Source: Candidatus Nanoarchaeia archaeon (GTDB taxonomy: Archaea; Nanobdellota; Nanobdellia; CSSed11-243R1). Taken from it: a stretch of DNA of 64,000 nucleotides. The DNA is taken from positions 438,610 through 502,609 of the forward strand of contig JAQTNH010000001.1 in the NCBI GenBank assembly GCA_028713895.1, read 5' to 3'. The translations under genes were made by a program, and so were the position numbers. Positions 44,596-53,722 of this stretch are shown one piece after another; position 1 is the stretch's first letter; every line of letters begins with the position of its first letter. The notes under the pieces are model-generated. The model saw nothing but the letters and a program-made list of their open reading frames with translations, made no database searches and was not told the origin of the DNA.

Positions 44596-45177
44596 ATGGC
44601 AAAAGCAAATAACACGATTTATTTTGTTTGCGTACACCCAGGGGCATGCTGGTTCTGGGACAAAATATTCAATCTCAACAAAAGAATATCGCTTTCAATC
44701 GTTCTCGCATTTTTGCTGACAATGGTTTCGCAGACATATCCTGTATGCACGGAAAAATTCTGCTACACAATATTCGCGCAGTTTTTTACAAATCCTCTGC
44801 TGCTGTTAAAGCCATTCGCATATTCCCTCATCTACCTGCCTGCGCTTTTCACTTTTGCGCTGTTATTTGCACTGCTGTTCGCAGTCTTCTCAGTATTCAG
44901 CGCAGTTCAAAAAAGCGGGGTTGTGCACGAAATGTTTTTTCCCGTGGTATCATTGGTAATCGTAGCATATATGGCGCTGGCAGTTTCAGGCGCGATGAGC
45001 TCATTGTTCCTCAACGCAGGGCTTATGGAATGCGTGAACAATGATGACTGCATCAGGGCAGGGTATATTGGAGAGACATGCACAAGCGTCTATCGCCCGG
45101 TTTATACCCAATACACCCCTGATATGAAGCCCCTGGAAAAATGCGGCTGTGTTGAGAACAAGTGCATTGGTAGTTAA
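44596..45177 (+). CDS. Membrane protein with a C-terminal cysteine-rich ectodomain
   Basis: Several TM helices, then ECVNNDDCIRAGYIGETCTSVYRPVYTQYTPDMKPLEKCGCVENKCIGS. The terminal CGC.(E/R)N.KC motif is shared with ORF 29500-29811. Confidence 0.6.
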   Translation: MAKANNTIYFVCVHPGACWFWDKIFNLNKRISLSIVLAFLLTMVSQTYPVCTEKFCYTIFAQFFTNPLLLLKPFAYSLIYLPALFTFALLFALLFAVFSVFSAVQKSGVVHEMFFPVVSLVIVAYMALAVSGAMSSLFLNAGLMECVNNDDCIRAGYIGETCTSVYRPVYTQYTPDMKPLEKCGCVENKCIGS

Positions 45178-45181
45178 TGTC

Positions 45182-45257
45182 TGCCCTTTCTATTAGAAAG
45201 AGAAAGTGTAAGTTGCCCAAAGAGAAACTAATCTGGGCGTAAGCTGCGGAAAGAAAC
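45182..45257 (+). repeat. Intergenic repeat family, copy 3 (short form)
   Basis: tgccctttctattagaa ... gcgtaagctgcggaaagaaac, followed by TATA attatatag. It is a direct repeat of the ends of copy 2. Confidence 0.65.
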
Positions 45258-45287
45258 ATTATATAGCACATCCTTCTTTATTCTGTT

Positions 45288-45998
45288 ATGGACGAGGACA
45301 AGCTGTATAATTTAATGATTTCAAAAGAGCTTACTGTTGAAATCCTGATAAGGGATATTGTACAGTCTGAGGGGCTTGACCCATGGAACATAGACGTGGG
45401 GGCGCTTGCACGGAAATATCTTGACGCAATCCACTCAATGCAGCAGAGAGACATAAAAATATCCGGGCAATTCCTGCTTGCAGCATCAATCCTCCTCAAG
45501 ATGAAATCGGATTACCTGCTTCCTGTTGAAGAGGAAGAAGTAATGAAGAATGTAAGCGAGGAGTTCCTTGAAGACATTGCAAAATATGAACTTGAATCGC
45601 ATGTTCCGCAGCCAAAGCAGAGGAAAGTCACACTGGACGAGCTTCTTTCATCCCTTAAGCAGGCAATCGTGGTAAGCGACAGGAGGGAAGTGCGCACAAA
45701 GGAAAGGGACGATGTCAAGATGCCGATAAAAATCAGAAAAGTTGACATAGGCAAAAAAATAGTCTCCCTTTACGAAAGAATAGTTGAATTTTTCAGCAAA
45801 CTCAAGATTTTTGAAATCAAATTTTCGCAGCTGGTCCCAAGCAAGCACAGGTGGGACATAATATGGACTTTTATCCCGCTGATACATCTTGCGAACAAGG
45901 ACAAAATAAGACTGCGCCAGGAAGAGGAATTTGGTGAAATATATGTCACAAGAGGAGAAGGAGACGCAGCAGTCAGTGAAGCAAAAAGCAGAGATTGA
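45288..45998 (+). CDS. scpA: Segregation and condensation protein A (kleisin)
   Basis: LDPWNIDVGALARKYLDAIHSMQQRDIKISGQFLLAASILLKMKSDYLLP is a typical ScpA N-terminus. Confidence 0.85.
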   Translation: MDEDKLYNLMISKELTVEILIRDIVQSEGLDPWNIDVGALARKYLDAIHSMQQRDIKISGQFLLAASILLKMKSDYLLPVEEEEVMKNVSEEFLEDIAKYELESHVPQPKQRKVTLDELLSSLKQAIVVSDRREVRTKERDDVKMPIKIRKVDIGKKIVSLYERIVEFFSKLKIFEIKFSQLVPSKHRWDIIWTFIPLIHLANKDKIRLRQEEEFGEIYVTRGEGDAAVSEAKSRD

Positions 45999-46530
45999 AG
46001 CTGTACTTTTTGCAACAAACGGGCTGACTGTCGCAGAAATATCCAAACGGACAGGCATTACCGAGAAAACAGTAAAAGACATTCTCGAAGAGCTTGAGCT
46101 GGAGCACATGAACAATGTTCGGGGAATACATGTGCTGCAGGAAGGAGATATCTGGAAAATGAGCATAAAGCCAGAAATGACTGTTTTTGTAAAAGACCTG
46201 CTTCCGCCAGAATTTCCAAAAGCCCTCATGAAAACGCTTGCTATAATAGCTGCAAAAAAGCCTGTCAAGCAGTCAGTCATAGTCAGGATAAGGGGAAACA
46301 AGGCGTATGAACAAGTAAAGAAGCTCATACGGCTTGGGTTTGTAACCTCTGAAAAATTCGGCAGCACAATGATGCTGGATTTGACGCAGAAGTTCTTTGA
46401 TTACTTCCAGCTCAGGGAGACTGAAATCCCTGAAAAGTTCAAGCTGGACAGTGAAACCGAAGCTGCAGTCAAGAGGGCTGAGAAAGAGGCAGAAGAAGAG
46501 GAAAAAAAGGCTGAAAATGGGGCAAAGTAG
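45943..46530 (+). CDS. scpB: Segregation and condensation protein B
   Basis: AEIEAVLFATNGLTVAEISKRTGITEKTVKDILEELE, then a second wHTH (KALMKTLAIIAAKKPVKQSVIVRIRG). It overlaps the scpA 3' end. Confidence 0.85.
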   Translation: MSQEEKETQQSVKQKAEIEAVLFATNGLTVAEISKRTGITEKTVKDILEELELEHMNNVRGIHVLQEGDIWKMSIKPEMTVFVKDLLPPEFPKALMKTLAIIAAKKPVKQSVIVRIRGNKAYEQVKKLIRLGFVTSEKFGSTMMLDLTQKFFDYFQLRETEIPEKFKLDSETEAAVKRAEKEAEEEEKKAENGAK

Positions 46531-46604
46531 CACTTATTTGCAGTTCCGAAAATTATTTATTAGCTGTTTGACTAGGTTATTTTTATAATTTGGAGGTAAT
46601 AGCG

Positions 46605-46877
46605 ATGTTAAATTTAATGGATGTTTCAAAAACATACGGACTGAAGGTGTTTACAGACGTAGGAGAATACTTCGGAGACGTAGACGAAGTAATAATACAG
46701 AACAACAAGATCTTCGGATGGAAGATAAAGGCGACAAGAGAGTCATACCTTAACAAAACAATGTCCGGAGCAAAGGGCGTAATCGTTCCGCACCAGCTTG
46801 TAAAAGCAGCAGGAGACATAATGATAATCTCAAAGGCTGCAATACCGTCTGGCGAGGAATCAACAACCAGCGAGTAA
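46605..46877 (+). CDS. PRC-barrel domain protein
   Basis: KVFTDVGEYFGDVDEVIIQNNKIFGWKI...GVIVPHQLVKAAGDIMIIS. GGAGG Shine-Dalgarno before the ATG at 46605. Confidence 0.6.
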   Translation: MLNLMDVSKTYGLKVFTDVGEYFGDVDEVIIQNNKIFGWKIKATRESYLNKTMSGAKGVIVPHQLVKAAGDIMIISKAAIPSGEESTTSE

Positions 46878-46921
46878 TCAATTAGTTTTTAAATACTTCT
46901 GTTATTTTATTTATTTGTAAT

Positions 46922-48811
46922 ATGGATAAACTTAACTTTAAAACAACTGCTGAAATCAAGATTCCTAAAGAGCTAGACCAGCAAGTAATCGGACAGGAAC
47001 AGGCGGTTGAAGTAATCAGGAAAGCCGCAAAGCAAAAGCGCCACGTTCTTCTTCTGGGAGAACCTGGAACAGGAAAAAGCATGGTGGGACAGGCACTGGC
47101 TGAGCTCATGCCTGCGGAAAAACTTACTGATGTCATCTGCTCGATGAATCCCAAAGATGAAAACAACCCGCTGATAAGCGAAGTTCCTGCGGGGCAGGGA
47201 AGGCGCATGATTGAAAACCTGAAAGTACAGGCAATCAGCGCAATGGGCGGGAACAGCTGGACATTTTTGATAATCATTTTTGCATTGTTCTTTGCAGGCT
47301 CGACTGTGCTTGACTGGATAATCACAAAAGAGGCAAGCGACATACTGAAAGCAGCAGACAGGATTTCAGGAACAATGTTCATAATACTGATTTTCATCGG
47401 CGTGCTAGTATTCTACAGCGTAAGCAAACTGCGCAAGGGACAGATGAGAATCTCCGCGCCGAAAGTCATAATTGACAACAGCGAGGAAAAGCATGCGCCG
47501 TTTGTTGATGCGACTGGCTTGCATGAAGGGGCGCTGCTTGGAGATGTGCAGCATGACCCGTTCCAGACAGGCGGGCTTGGAACGCCAGCGCATGAAAGAG
47601 TTTCAGCAGGCGCGCTGCACCGGGCAAATCGCGGAGTGCTTTTCATTGACGAGATTGCAACGCTGAAACCTGAGATGCAGGTTGAGATTCTTACAGCAAT
47701 GCAGGAGAAAAAATATTCCATCACCGGAAGAAGCGAACGCTCGGCAGGCGCAATGGTAAAAACAAAACCAGTGCCGACAGATTTTATCCTTGTTGCAGCA
47801 GGAAATCTTGAGACTATCAAGCACCTTCATATTGCCCTGAGAAGCAGGATAAGGGGAAGCGGCTATGAAGTCTACATGAAGGACAAGATGGATGACACCC
47901 CTGAAAATGTCAAGAAACTTGTCACGTTCATCGCGCAGGAAGTCCGCAAGGACAAAAAGATTCCAGAGTTCACCAGAGATGCGGTTCAGGAAATAATAAA
48001 TGAAGCGCGCATGCGCGCAGGCAGAAAAGGCTATCTCACCCTGAAGCTGAGGGATTTGGGCGGACTGATAAGAGTATCTGGAGACATGGCAAAAGAGGAC
48101 AATGCAAAGTTTGTCAGCAGGGAACATGTAATCCGCGCCAAGAGTTATGCTGCAACATTTGAGCAGCAGATTGCAAAGAAATACACACAGGAGAAAAAAG
48201 AATACCAGCTGATACGCAACAAAGGGCAGGAAGTCGGGCATGTAAACGGGCTCGCAGTTATCGGAGACGAGACCGGCTCAGGGCTTATACTCCCAATCGA
48301 GGCAGCTGTAGTGCCTGCAATGTCAAAAGGACAGGGCAAAATATTAGCCACTGGAAAACTCGGAGAGATTGCAAAAGAGGCAATAACAAACGTGAGCTCA
48401 GTAATCAAGAAGTATTCAGGACAGTCGCTTAGCGGATTTGATATTCACATACAATTCTTACAAACATTTGAGGGTGTAGAAGGAGACTCAGCATCAATCT
48501 CAGTCGCTACAGCTGTAATGTCTGCGCTTGAAAAGATTCCAGTGCGCCAGGATGTTGCAATGACAGGCTCGCTTTCAATCCGCGGAGAAGTCCTTCCAAT
48601 CGGCGGAGTCAACGCAAAGATTCAGGCTGCGAGGGATGCTGGAGTAACAACAATAATAATCCCGAAATCTAACCTGAAAGACATTCTTGTGGACAAAAAG
48701 GGCATAACAATAATCCCTGTAGAAACAATAGCAGATGTTCTTGAGCACGCATTCAAGTGGCCGGCAGGCAAGAAACCTGTGCTGAGCAAAATCAAAAAAG
48801 CGGTTCGTTAA
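46922..48811 (+). CDS. lonB: Archaeal membrane-bound Lon protease (LonB)
   Basis: Walker [12 protein letters not shown], two TM helices inserted in the AAA module, Walker B VLFIDEI, and a protease Ser in [16 protein letters not shown]. Confidence 0.9.
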   Translation: MDKLNFKTTAEIKIPKELDQQVIGQEQAVEVIRKAAKQKRHVLLLGEPGTGKSMVGQALAELMPAEKLTDVICSMNPKDENNPLISEVPAGQGRRMIENLKVQAISAMGGNSWTFLIIIFALFFAGSTVLDWIITKEASDILKAADRISGTMFIILIFIGVLVFYSVSKLRKGQMRISAPKVIIDNSEEKHAPFVDATGLHEGALLGDVQHDPFQTGGLGTPAHERVSAGALHRANRGVLFIDEIATLKPEMQVEILTAMQEKKYSITGRSERSAGAMVKTKPVPTDFILVAAGNLETIKHLHIALRSRIRGSGYEVYMKDKMDDTPENVKKLVTFIAQEVRKDKKIPEFTRDAVQEIINEARMRAGRKGYLTLKLRDLGGLIRVSGDMAKEDNAKFVSREHVIRAKSYAATFEQQIAKKYTQEKKEYQLIRNKGQEVGHVNGLAVIGDETGSGLILPIEAAVVPAMSKGQGKILATGKLGEIAKEAITNVSSVIKKYSGQSLSGFDIHIQFLQTFEGVEGDSASISVATAVMSALEKIPVRQDVAMTGSLSIRGEVLPIGGVNAKIQAARDAGVTTIIIPKSNLKDILVDKKGITIIPVETIADVLEHAFKWPAGKKPVLSKIKKAVR

Positions 48812-48891
48812 CCTTTCTTTTGATAACCTAGAGATAAAATCTCTGGGCATCGCGATGAAATCGCAATGAAGAAACCTTAACGAAAGAAAAC
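48812..48891 (+). repeat. Intergenic repeat family, copy 4
   Basis: cctttcttttg ... agagat-aaa-atctctgggcat ... cgcgat-gaa-atcgcaatgaagaaa ... cgaaagaaaac, followed by TATA atattaaa. It shares tctctgggca and tcgcaatgaagaaa with copy 2. Confidence 0.65.
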
Positions 48892-48913
48892 ATATTAAAG
48901 CAATTGCGCCCTG

Positions 48914-50308
48914 ATGTATCCCATGATTGATTTCGCAAAGTACAGCAAGCCGATTGAAAAGCAGGGCGCAGAGTACATTGATTTGCGCATAATGGAACTC
49001 ACTTCTGAAGCGTATTCTGCAAAAGACGGAAACATAAGCTCTGTGCAGTCAATGGAACACGTGGCTTTTGGAGCGCGGGTTTTCTTCAAAGGCGCGTGGG
49101 GATTTGCATTCTGCACCGAGATGTCAGATGTGGACAAGATATTTTCGTCTGCATGGCGCATGGCAAAGCTCAATTCAATAAAAATCAAGGAGCGCTTTGA
49201 ACTCAAAAATGTCAGCACAATAAAAGACGAAGTCAACCACCAGATAAAACAAAACCCTGTTGATATCCCTTCAGAGGAAAAAATAAAGGAAGTTCTTGAA
49301 ATCGACAGGCTGCTCAAGCGCGACAATGTCAAGAGCAGGCAGAGCGAGATAGGATTTTCCTCGCGAAAGTCATGGTTCTTCAACTCGAGCGGAGCAGACA
49401 TCTTTGAGCCGCGATATGCAATGGCAATACGGCTGAGCCTGGTTGGCAGGGGCAAAACAGGGCTTGTCAATTCATTCAACCGGACAGGCAAAACAGGCGG
49501 ATACGAGATATACACAGGGATAAACAAAACCGAATTCTGCAATCATCTTTACAAAAAATTCAAAAACGCGCTTAAGGCAGAAAAAGCTCCAGCCGGAAGG
49601 TTCCCTATTGTGATTGACAACGGCTTGTGCGGAGTGTTTTTCCACGAGGCTGTAGGGCATGCATGCGAGGCAGATGCAGTGCTTGAAAAGTCCTCTGTGT
49701 TCCAGAAAATGCTCGGCAAGAAGATTGCGCCGGAACACCTTACCCTGGTTGACTCGCCGAATGTGCTGAACGAGGGCGGGCATTTCAGGTATGATGACGA
49801 GGGAATGCCTGCAGGAGAGACTTTTTTGATAACAAACGGGAAGCTCACATCATACATCAACTCGCTTGAGTCATCAAGCCTGATGAATGCAAAACCAACA
49901 GGCAACGGCAGGGCAATGGACCCGACGCACATGCCCATACCGCGGATGACAAACACAGTTCTGCGGCCCGGAAGATTCAGCAGAGACGAGCTATTCGAAG
50001 GAATAAAAAATGGAATCTATGCGTGCGGCTCAAGCGGAGGGGTTGTGGAGCCGATAAACGGAAACTTTGTATTCAATGCAGAAGAGGCTTTCATGATTGA
50101 AAACGGCAAAATAACAAAGCCCCTGCGGGATGTTTCGCTTGCAGGGAACATAATGGAGATACTCCCAAAAATAGAAAAGATTGCGAATGATGACGCGCCC
50201 AATTTCTGGGGCGGAAGATGCGGAAAACAGGAACAGCTGGTGCCTGTGGGCGAGAAAACACCACACATCAAAATATCAGAGGCGATAATTGGTGGAAAAA
50301 GTAATTAG
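48914..50308 (+). CDS. tldD: TldD-family metalloprotease
   Basis: GVFFHEAVGHACEAD (HExxxH) and a Gly-rich C-terminal core. Confidence 0.85.
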   Translation: MYPMIDFAKYSKPIEKQGAEYIDLRIMELTSEAYSAKDGNISSVQSMEHVAFGARVFFKGAWGFAFCTEMSDVDKIFSSAWRMAKLNSIKIKERFELKNVSTIKDEVNHQIKQNPVDIPSEEKIKEVLEIDRLLKRDNVKSRQSEIGFSSRKSWFFNSSGADIFEPRYAMAIRLSLVGRGKTGLVNSFNRTGKTGGYEIYTGINKTEFCNHLYKKFKNALKAEKAPAGRFPIVIDNGLCGVFFHEAVGHACEADAVLEKSSVFQKMLGKKIAPEHLTLVDSPNVLNEGGHFRYDDEGMPAGETFLITNGKLTSYINSLESSSLMNAKPTGNGRAMDPTHMPIPRMTNTVLRPGRFSRDELFEGIKNGIYACGSSGGVVEPINGNFVFNAEEAFMIENGKITKPLRDVSLAGNIMEILPKIEKIANDDAPNFWGGRCGKQEQLVPVGEKTPHIKISEAIIGGKSN

Positions 50309-51593
50309 CGGAATATTAAAAAAAGCAGAAGAGAATCATGTAGACGCCTCGATAAGCATAGGCAAAGAAAAAGTACTTTCTTTTGAATACAACCGCGACA
50401 AGCTGAAAGGCAGCACAGAAGGGAACACATCGCTTCTCGAGATAAGGCTTTCCAAGGGAAAGAAGTACGGGTTCTCGACAACAACGCTCGTGAACAACTG
50501 GGAAAGATGCTTTGACAGGGCGCTGAAAATAATGCGGGTTTCAAAGCCGATAAAACACGATATAATACTTGCAGAGCCCAAGAAGCTAAAGCCAGCAGAA
50601 GGGATTTACTCCAAAACAGTCGCTGAAATGCCTGTTGAAAAACTTTTTGACAAAGCAGAAGATGCTGTTGCAGAAGCCAAAAGTGTTAAAAAAGAGATTC
50701 TAGTAATCTCGGGAAAGTTCTCTAGGGAAGAAGAAGAAACACTCTTTGCGAATTCAAACGGCGTGACTGCCGCAGACAAGAGCACAACACTCTCAGGAAG
50801 CATTGAATGCGGGCTTGGAACTGCAGTCGGACTGGATGGGAAATCGTCGCATTCAGACATTAATTTCATAAAAACAGGAAAAAGCGCAGGGCAGATGTGC
50901 ATTGACTGCCTGAACCCAAAACCAATAAAGACAATGAGAACAGGGCTGATTCTTGACTACTTCGCAGCCTCTGACCTGATAAATGCGGCGCTGGTGCCAG
51001 CAGTGCTTTCGGAAAATGTCCAGAACAAACGAAGCTATCTTTCAGGCAAGCTCGGAAGAAAAGTTTTCGCTGACAGCATTACCATTTATGATGACGGATT
51101 GCTTGCAAAAGGATTAAACTCAGGGAGGATAGATGGCGAGGGAAGCCCGTCGCAGCGCACAGAAATAATCTCAAAAGGAGTTTTGAAAAATTATCTTTAT
51201 GACCTGTACTCTGCAAAAATTGACAAGAAAAAGACGACAGGAAACAGCAGTTCAATCGCGAAGGTTCCGTCAGTCGGAGTTTCAAACTTTGTGATGAAGC
51301 CCGGCAGGTACAGCAGGGAAGAAATCATCAGGGAAACAAAAAACGGAATCCTTGCCGAGTTCTTGATGGGAACGCACTTTGTGAACTCAGTCACAGGAGA
51401 CGCCTCGGTCGGAGTTTCAAACGCTTTCTATGTTGAGGATGGAGAAATAAAGCACCCCATCAAACAGGCGATGATATCGCTGAACATCTTTGACGCGCTG
51501 AAAAAGATTGAAATAATAGGGAACAACATGCGACAGGAATCTGATGTAGTGTGCCCGACAATCAAGCTTGAAGGTGTGCAGATTGTTGCATGA
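50289..51593 (+). CDS. pmbA: PmbA/TldE-family protein
   Basis: Colinear with the TldD fold but lacks HExxxH. It overlaps tldD by 20 nt. The start is TTG/GTG at 50289-50292. Confidence 0.75.
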   Translation: MVEKVISGILKKAEENHVDASISIGKEKVLSFEYNRDKLKGSTEGNTSLLEIRLSKGKKYGFSTTTLVNNWERCFDRALKIMRVSKPIKHDIILAEPKKLKPAEGIYSKTVAEMPVEKLFDKAEDAVAEAKSVKKEILVISGKFSREEEETLFANSNGVTAADKSTTLSGSIECGLGTAVGLDGKSSHSDINFIKTGKSAGQMCIDCLNPKPIKTMRTGLILDYFAASDLINAALVPAVLSENVQNKRSYLSGKLGRKVFADSITIYDDGLLAKGLNSGRIDGEGSPSQRTEIISKGVLKNYLYDLYSAKIDKKKTTGNSSSIAKVPSVGVSNFVMKPGRYSREEIIRETKNGILAEFLMGTHFVNSVTGDASVGVSNAFYVEDGEIKHPIKQAMISLNIFDALKKIEIIGNNMRQESDVVCPTIKLEGVQIVA

Positions 51594-52917
51594 GAAAACA
51601 TTCGAAAAGTTGTGCAAACTCAAGGCAATAGAGTATTACAAGATGTATGCCGGCCTGAGTTATGATGAGTCAAAAATCAAATCCTGCTCTACAGCTATTT
51701 CGAAACTTTCAAAATCTATTTTGGACAGCAGGGAAGAAGTTCCAGAACGGATAAAGTACTGGCTTATTGACAATGCCGCGTCCAGGGATGTAGAAAAATA
51801 TTTCATGAAGCAGATAAAGATACGCTCAAAATTCAGATGCGGAAATGTAGACTACGCCAGCTGGAGAAGCTGGCTGCCCAGTTCAAAGCCAGAAGAACGA
51901 AAAAAGGTATTTGACTATTTTGTTAAAGAATCAAAAAAGTTAAGCCCATTGATACAAAAATGGTTTAATGTATACAGCGATTCGTACAGGAGATACGACT
52001 GCGATGTCCTTGGGTCATACTTTGATACGCAAAAAATAAAAATGAATTCTCTTGTAAGACTGCTTAAAACGCTTGGCAGAGAGGGAAGACATGCTTTTGA
52101 CAGCGGAGAGATTGAAAGCGTTGTCGGACACCCGCTGAAGTATTATGATGAATACTACTATCTGGGCTCGAAGCTAAGGCTGGGAGTCCAGCTCAAACTG
52201 GATACATTGCCTTCGATAAAAAAGATATTTTCCGATATGGGCTTTGATTTTGACAAAGTCAGAATAGACTCAGCCAACAGGAAAAAGAAGTTTGGGTATG
52301 GCTACTGTATCTCACCCAACCCCCCAGAGGATGTAAGGGTGGTTTACCGCTCAGTCGGGGGGCTAAAGGAAACTGAAGTTGTCTACCATGAGTTCGGGCA
52401 TGCGATGCAGGGAATTTCCATGACAGGCTCGTTCTTCAAGAAAGAGGTAATCGGCAGCAGCATCAATGAAATATTTTCAATGTTTTTTGAGAGCCTTATC
52501 TCGAACAGACAGTATCTTGGCGAGAAAGGAATTGCGAACCCGGACGAGATAGTCCACAGGGAGAAACTGGCGAACAAGCTTTTCTTTGCAGGCTATGCAG
52601 CAAACTCCTTTTTGAACCTCAAATTCTTGAGCGGGGGCATAAAGTTCAACGAAATGGATGAAACTTACGGCGAGCTCCTGAAAAAGTACACAGGGATAGA
52701 GACTCCAGGAGGGTACTGGAAGCTGCATCACATACTCTCCGAATTCCTGATATACAGCCCAAGCTACATGATTTCGCATGTGAGAGCAGGCGGATTAAAC
52801 AAGCTGATGACAGCCAAATTTGGAGACTGGTGGAAAAGCAAAGAAGCAGGCAATCACCTCAAGCGCATAATGGCAGATGCAGAAGACATAAAACTAAGCG
52901 AATTTTCTTCGATATGA
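51568..52917 (+). CDS. Zinc metallopeptidase, M3/oligoendopeptidase-like
   Basis: VVYHEFGHAMQG (HExxH) about two thirds into the protein. The start is uncertain: TTG 51568, GTG 51574 or ATG 51643. Confidence 0.6.
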   Translation: MKVCRLLHEKTFEKLCKLKAIEYYKMYAGLSYDESKIKSCSTAISKLSKSILDSREEVPERIKYWLIDNAASRDVEKYFMKQIKIRSKFRCGNVDYASWRSWLPSSKPEERKKVFDYFVKESKKLSPLIQKWFNVYSDSYRRYDCDVLGSYFDTQKIKMNSLVRLLKTLGREGRHAFDSGEIESVVGHPLKYYDEYYYLGSKLRLGVQLKLDTLPSIKKIFSDMGFDFDKVRIDSANRKKKFGYGYCISPNPPEDVRVVYRSVGGLKETEVVYHEFGHAMQGISMTGSFFKKEVIGSSINEIFSMFFESLISNRQYLGEKGIANPDEIVHREKLANKLFFAGYAANSFLNLKFLSGGIKFNEMDETYGELLKKYTGIETPGGYWKLHHILSEFLIYSPSYMISHVRAGGLNKLMTAKFGDWWKSKEAGNHLKRIMADAEDIKLSEFSSI

Positions 52918-52979
52918 TGCACTGTATTATAAGCTGATTACAAAACTTTTTAAGTATAGACTCATCCTATAATAACATC

Positions 52980-53546
52980 ATGCGAGGTGGAGAATTTAAG
53001 CTGTATCCTTTGTCCCCAATCGAGCAGGGGTATCTTTTTGGTTTATTTGAAGGAGACGGATACAAATTATGGGACAAAAATAGTAGACATTATCAGGTTG
53101 AATTTTACCTTAACTCAGTTAACGATACAAAAACAATCAATTTTCTTGTTAGTTTGCTTAGAAAGATAGGACTAAAGCCCGGGCTATATCAAGACAAACG
53201 ATTCAATTGCAAGCGAATCAGAGTATACTCTAAAGAATTTTTTGGAATTATAAACAAAAATGAAGATATAACTTACAGAACAAAACAGTTTAACATAGGT
53301 TTTGTTTCTGGTATGATAGACTCTGAGGGTTATGTAAATAAAAAAAAGTCGTATATAACAATTGTAAATACCAATAAAACAGTTTTGAAGCGCATTTTGA
53401 CTTTTTTAGAGTCAATACATCTAAAATCAACGTTAACTAAGCGAAAAAGATGTATTAGAGATAAATTGGATTCTTATAGAATGTACATTTCAGTTAGTTT
53501 TAAAAAGCTACAAAATATCTCAATAAAATGTAGAGTACTTCAATAG
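52980..53546 (+). CDS. Free-standing double-motif LAGLIDADG endonuclease-like protein
   Basis: Motifs YLFGLFEGDGY and FVSGMIDSEGYV. The TAG stop (53544-53546) overlaps nucleotides 1-2 of the following tRNA. Confidence 0.75.
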   Translation: MRGGEFKLYPLSPIEQGYLFGLFEGDGYKLWDKNSRHYQVEFYLNSVNDTKTINFLVSLLRKIGLKPGLYQDKRFNCKRIRVYSKEFFGIINKNEDITYRTKQFNIGFVSGMIDSEGYVNKKKSYITIVNTNKTVLKRILTFLESIHLKSTLTKRKRCIRDKLDSYRMYISVSFKKLQNISIKCRVLQ

Positions 53547-53714
53547 CGAGGTAGATTCTTGTCGGATAAACAAGGAGCCTTAAGCAGCCTGGAGTGCTCG
53601 TCGGATTGGACTCGCGAAAGTAAGTCCAAGGCGAAGCTCATAAAGTGCTTAACACTTTTGAGGCAAGCACAATGGGAGACCCGAAGGTCGGCGGTTCAAA
53701 TCCGCTCCTCGCTA
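53545..53714 (+). tRNA. Initiator tRNA-Met (CAU) interrupted by three intervening sequences
   Basis: Removing 53556-53583, 53605-53635 and 53643-53678 yields a 75-nt cloverleaf: AGCGAGG-TA-GAGC-AGCCTGGAGT-GCTC-G-TCGGG-CTCATAA-CCCGA-AGGTC-GGCGG-TTCAAAT-CCGCT-CCTCGCT-A. It has the A1:U72 pair and three consecutive G:C pairs at 29-31:39-41, the archaeal initiator hallmarks. Confidence 0.75.
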
Positions 53715-53722
53715 TTTTTTTT
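53715..53722 (+). terminator. Oligo-T terminator after the initiator tRNA
   Basis: A run of eight T directly after the discriminator base. Confidence 0.5.
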
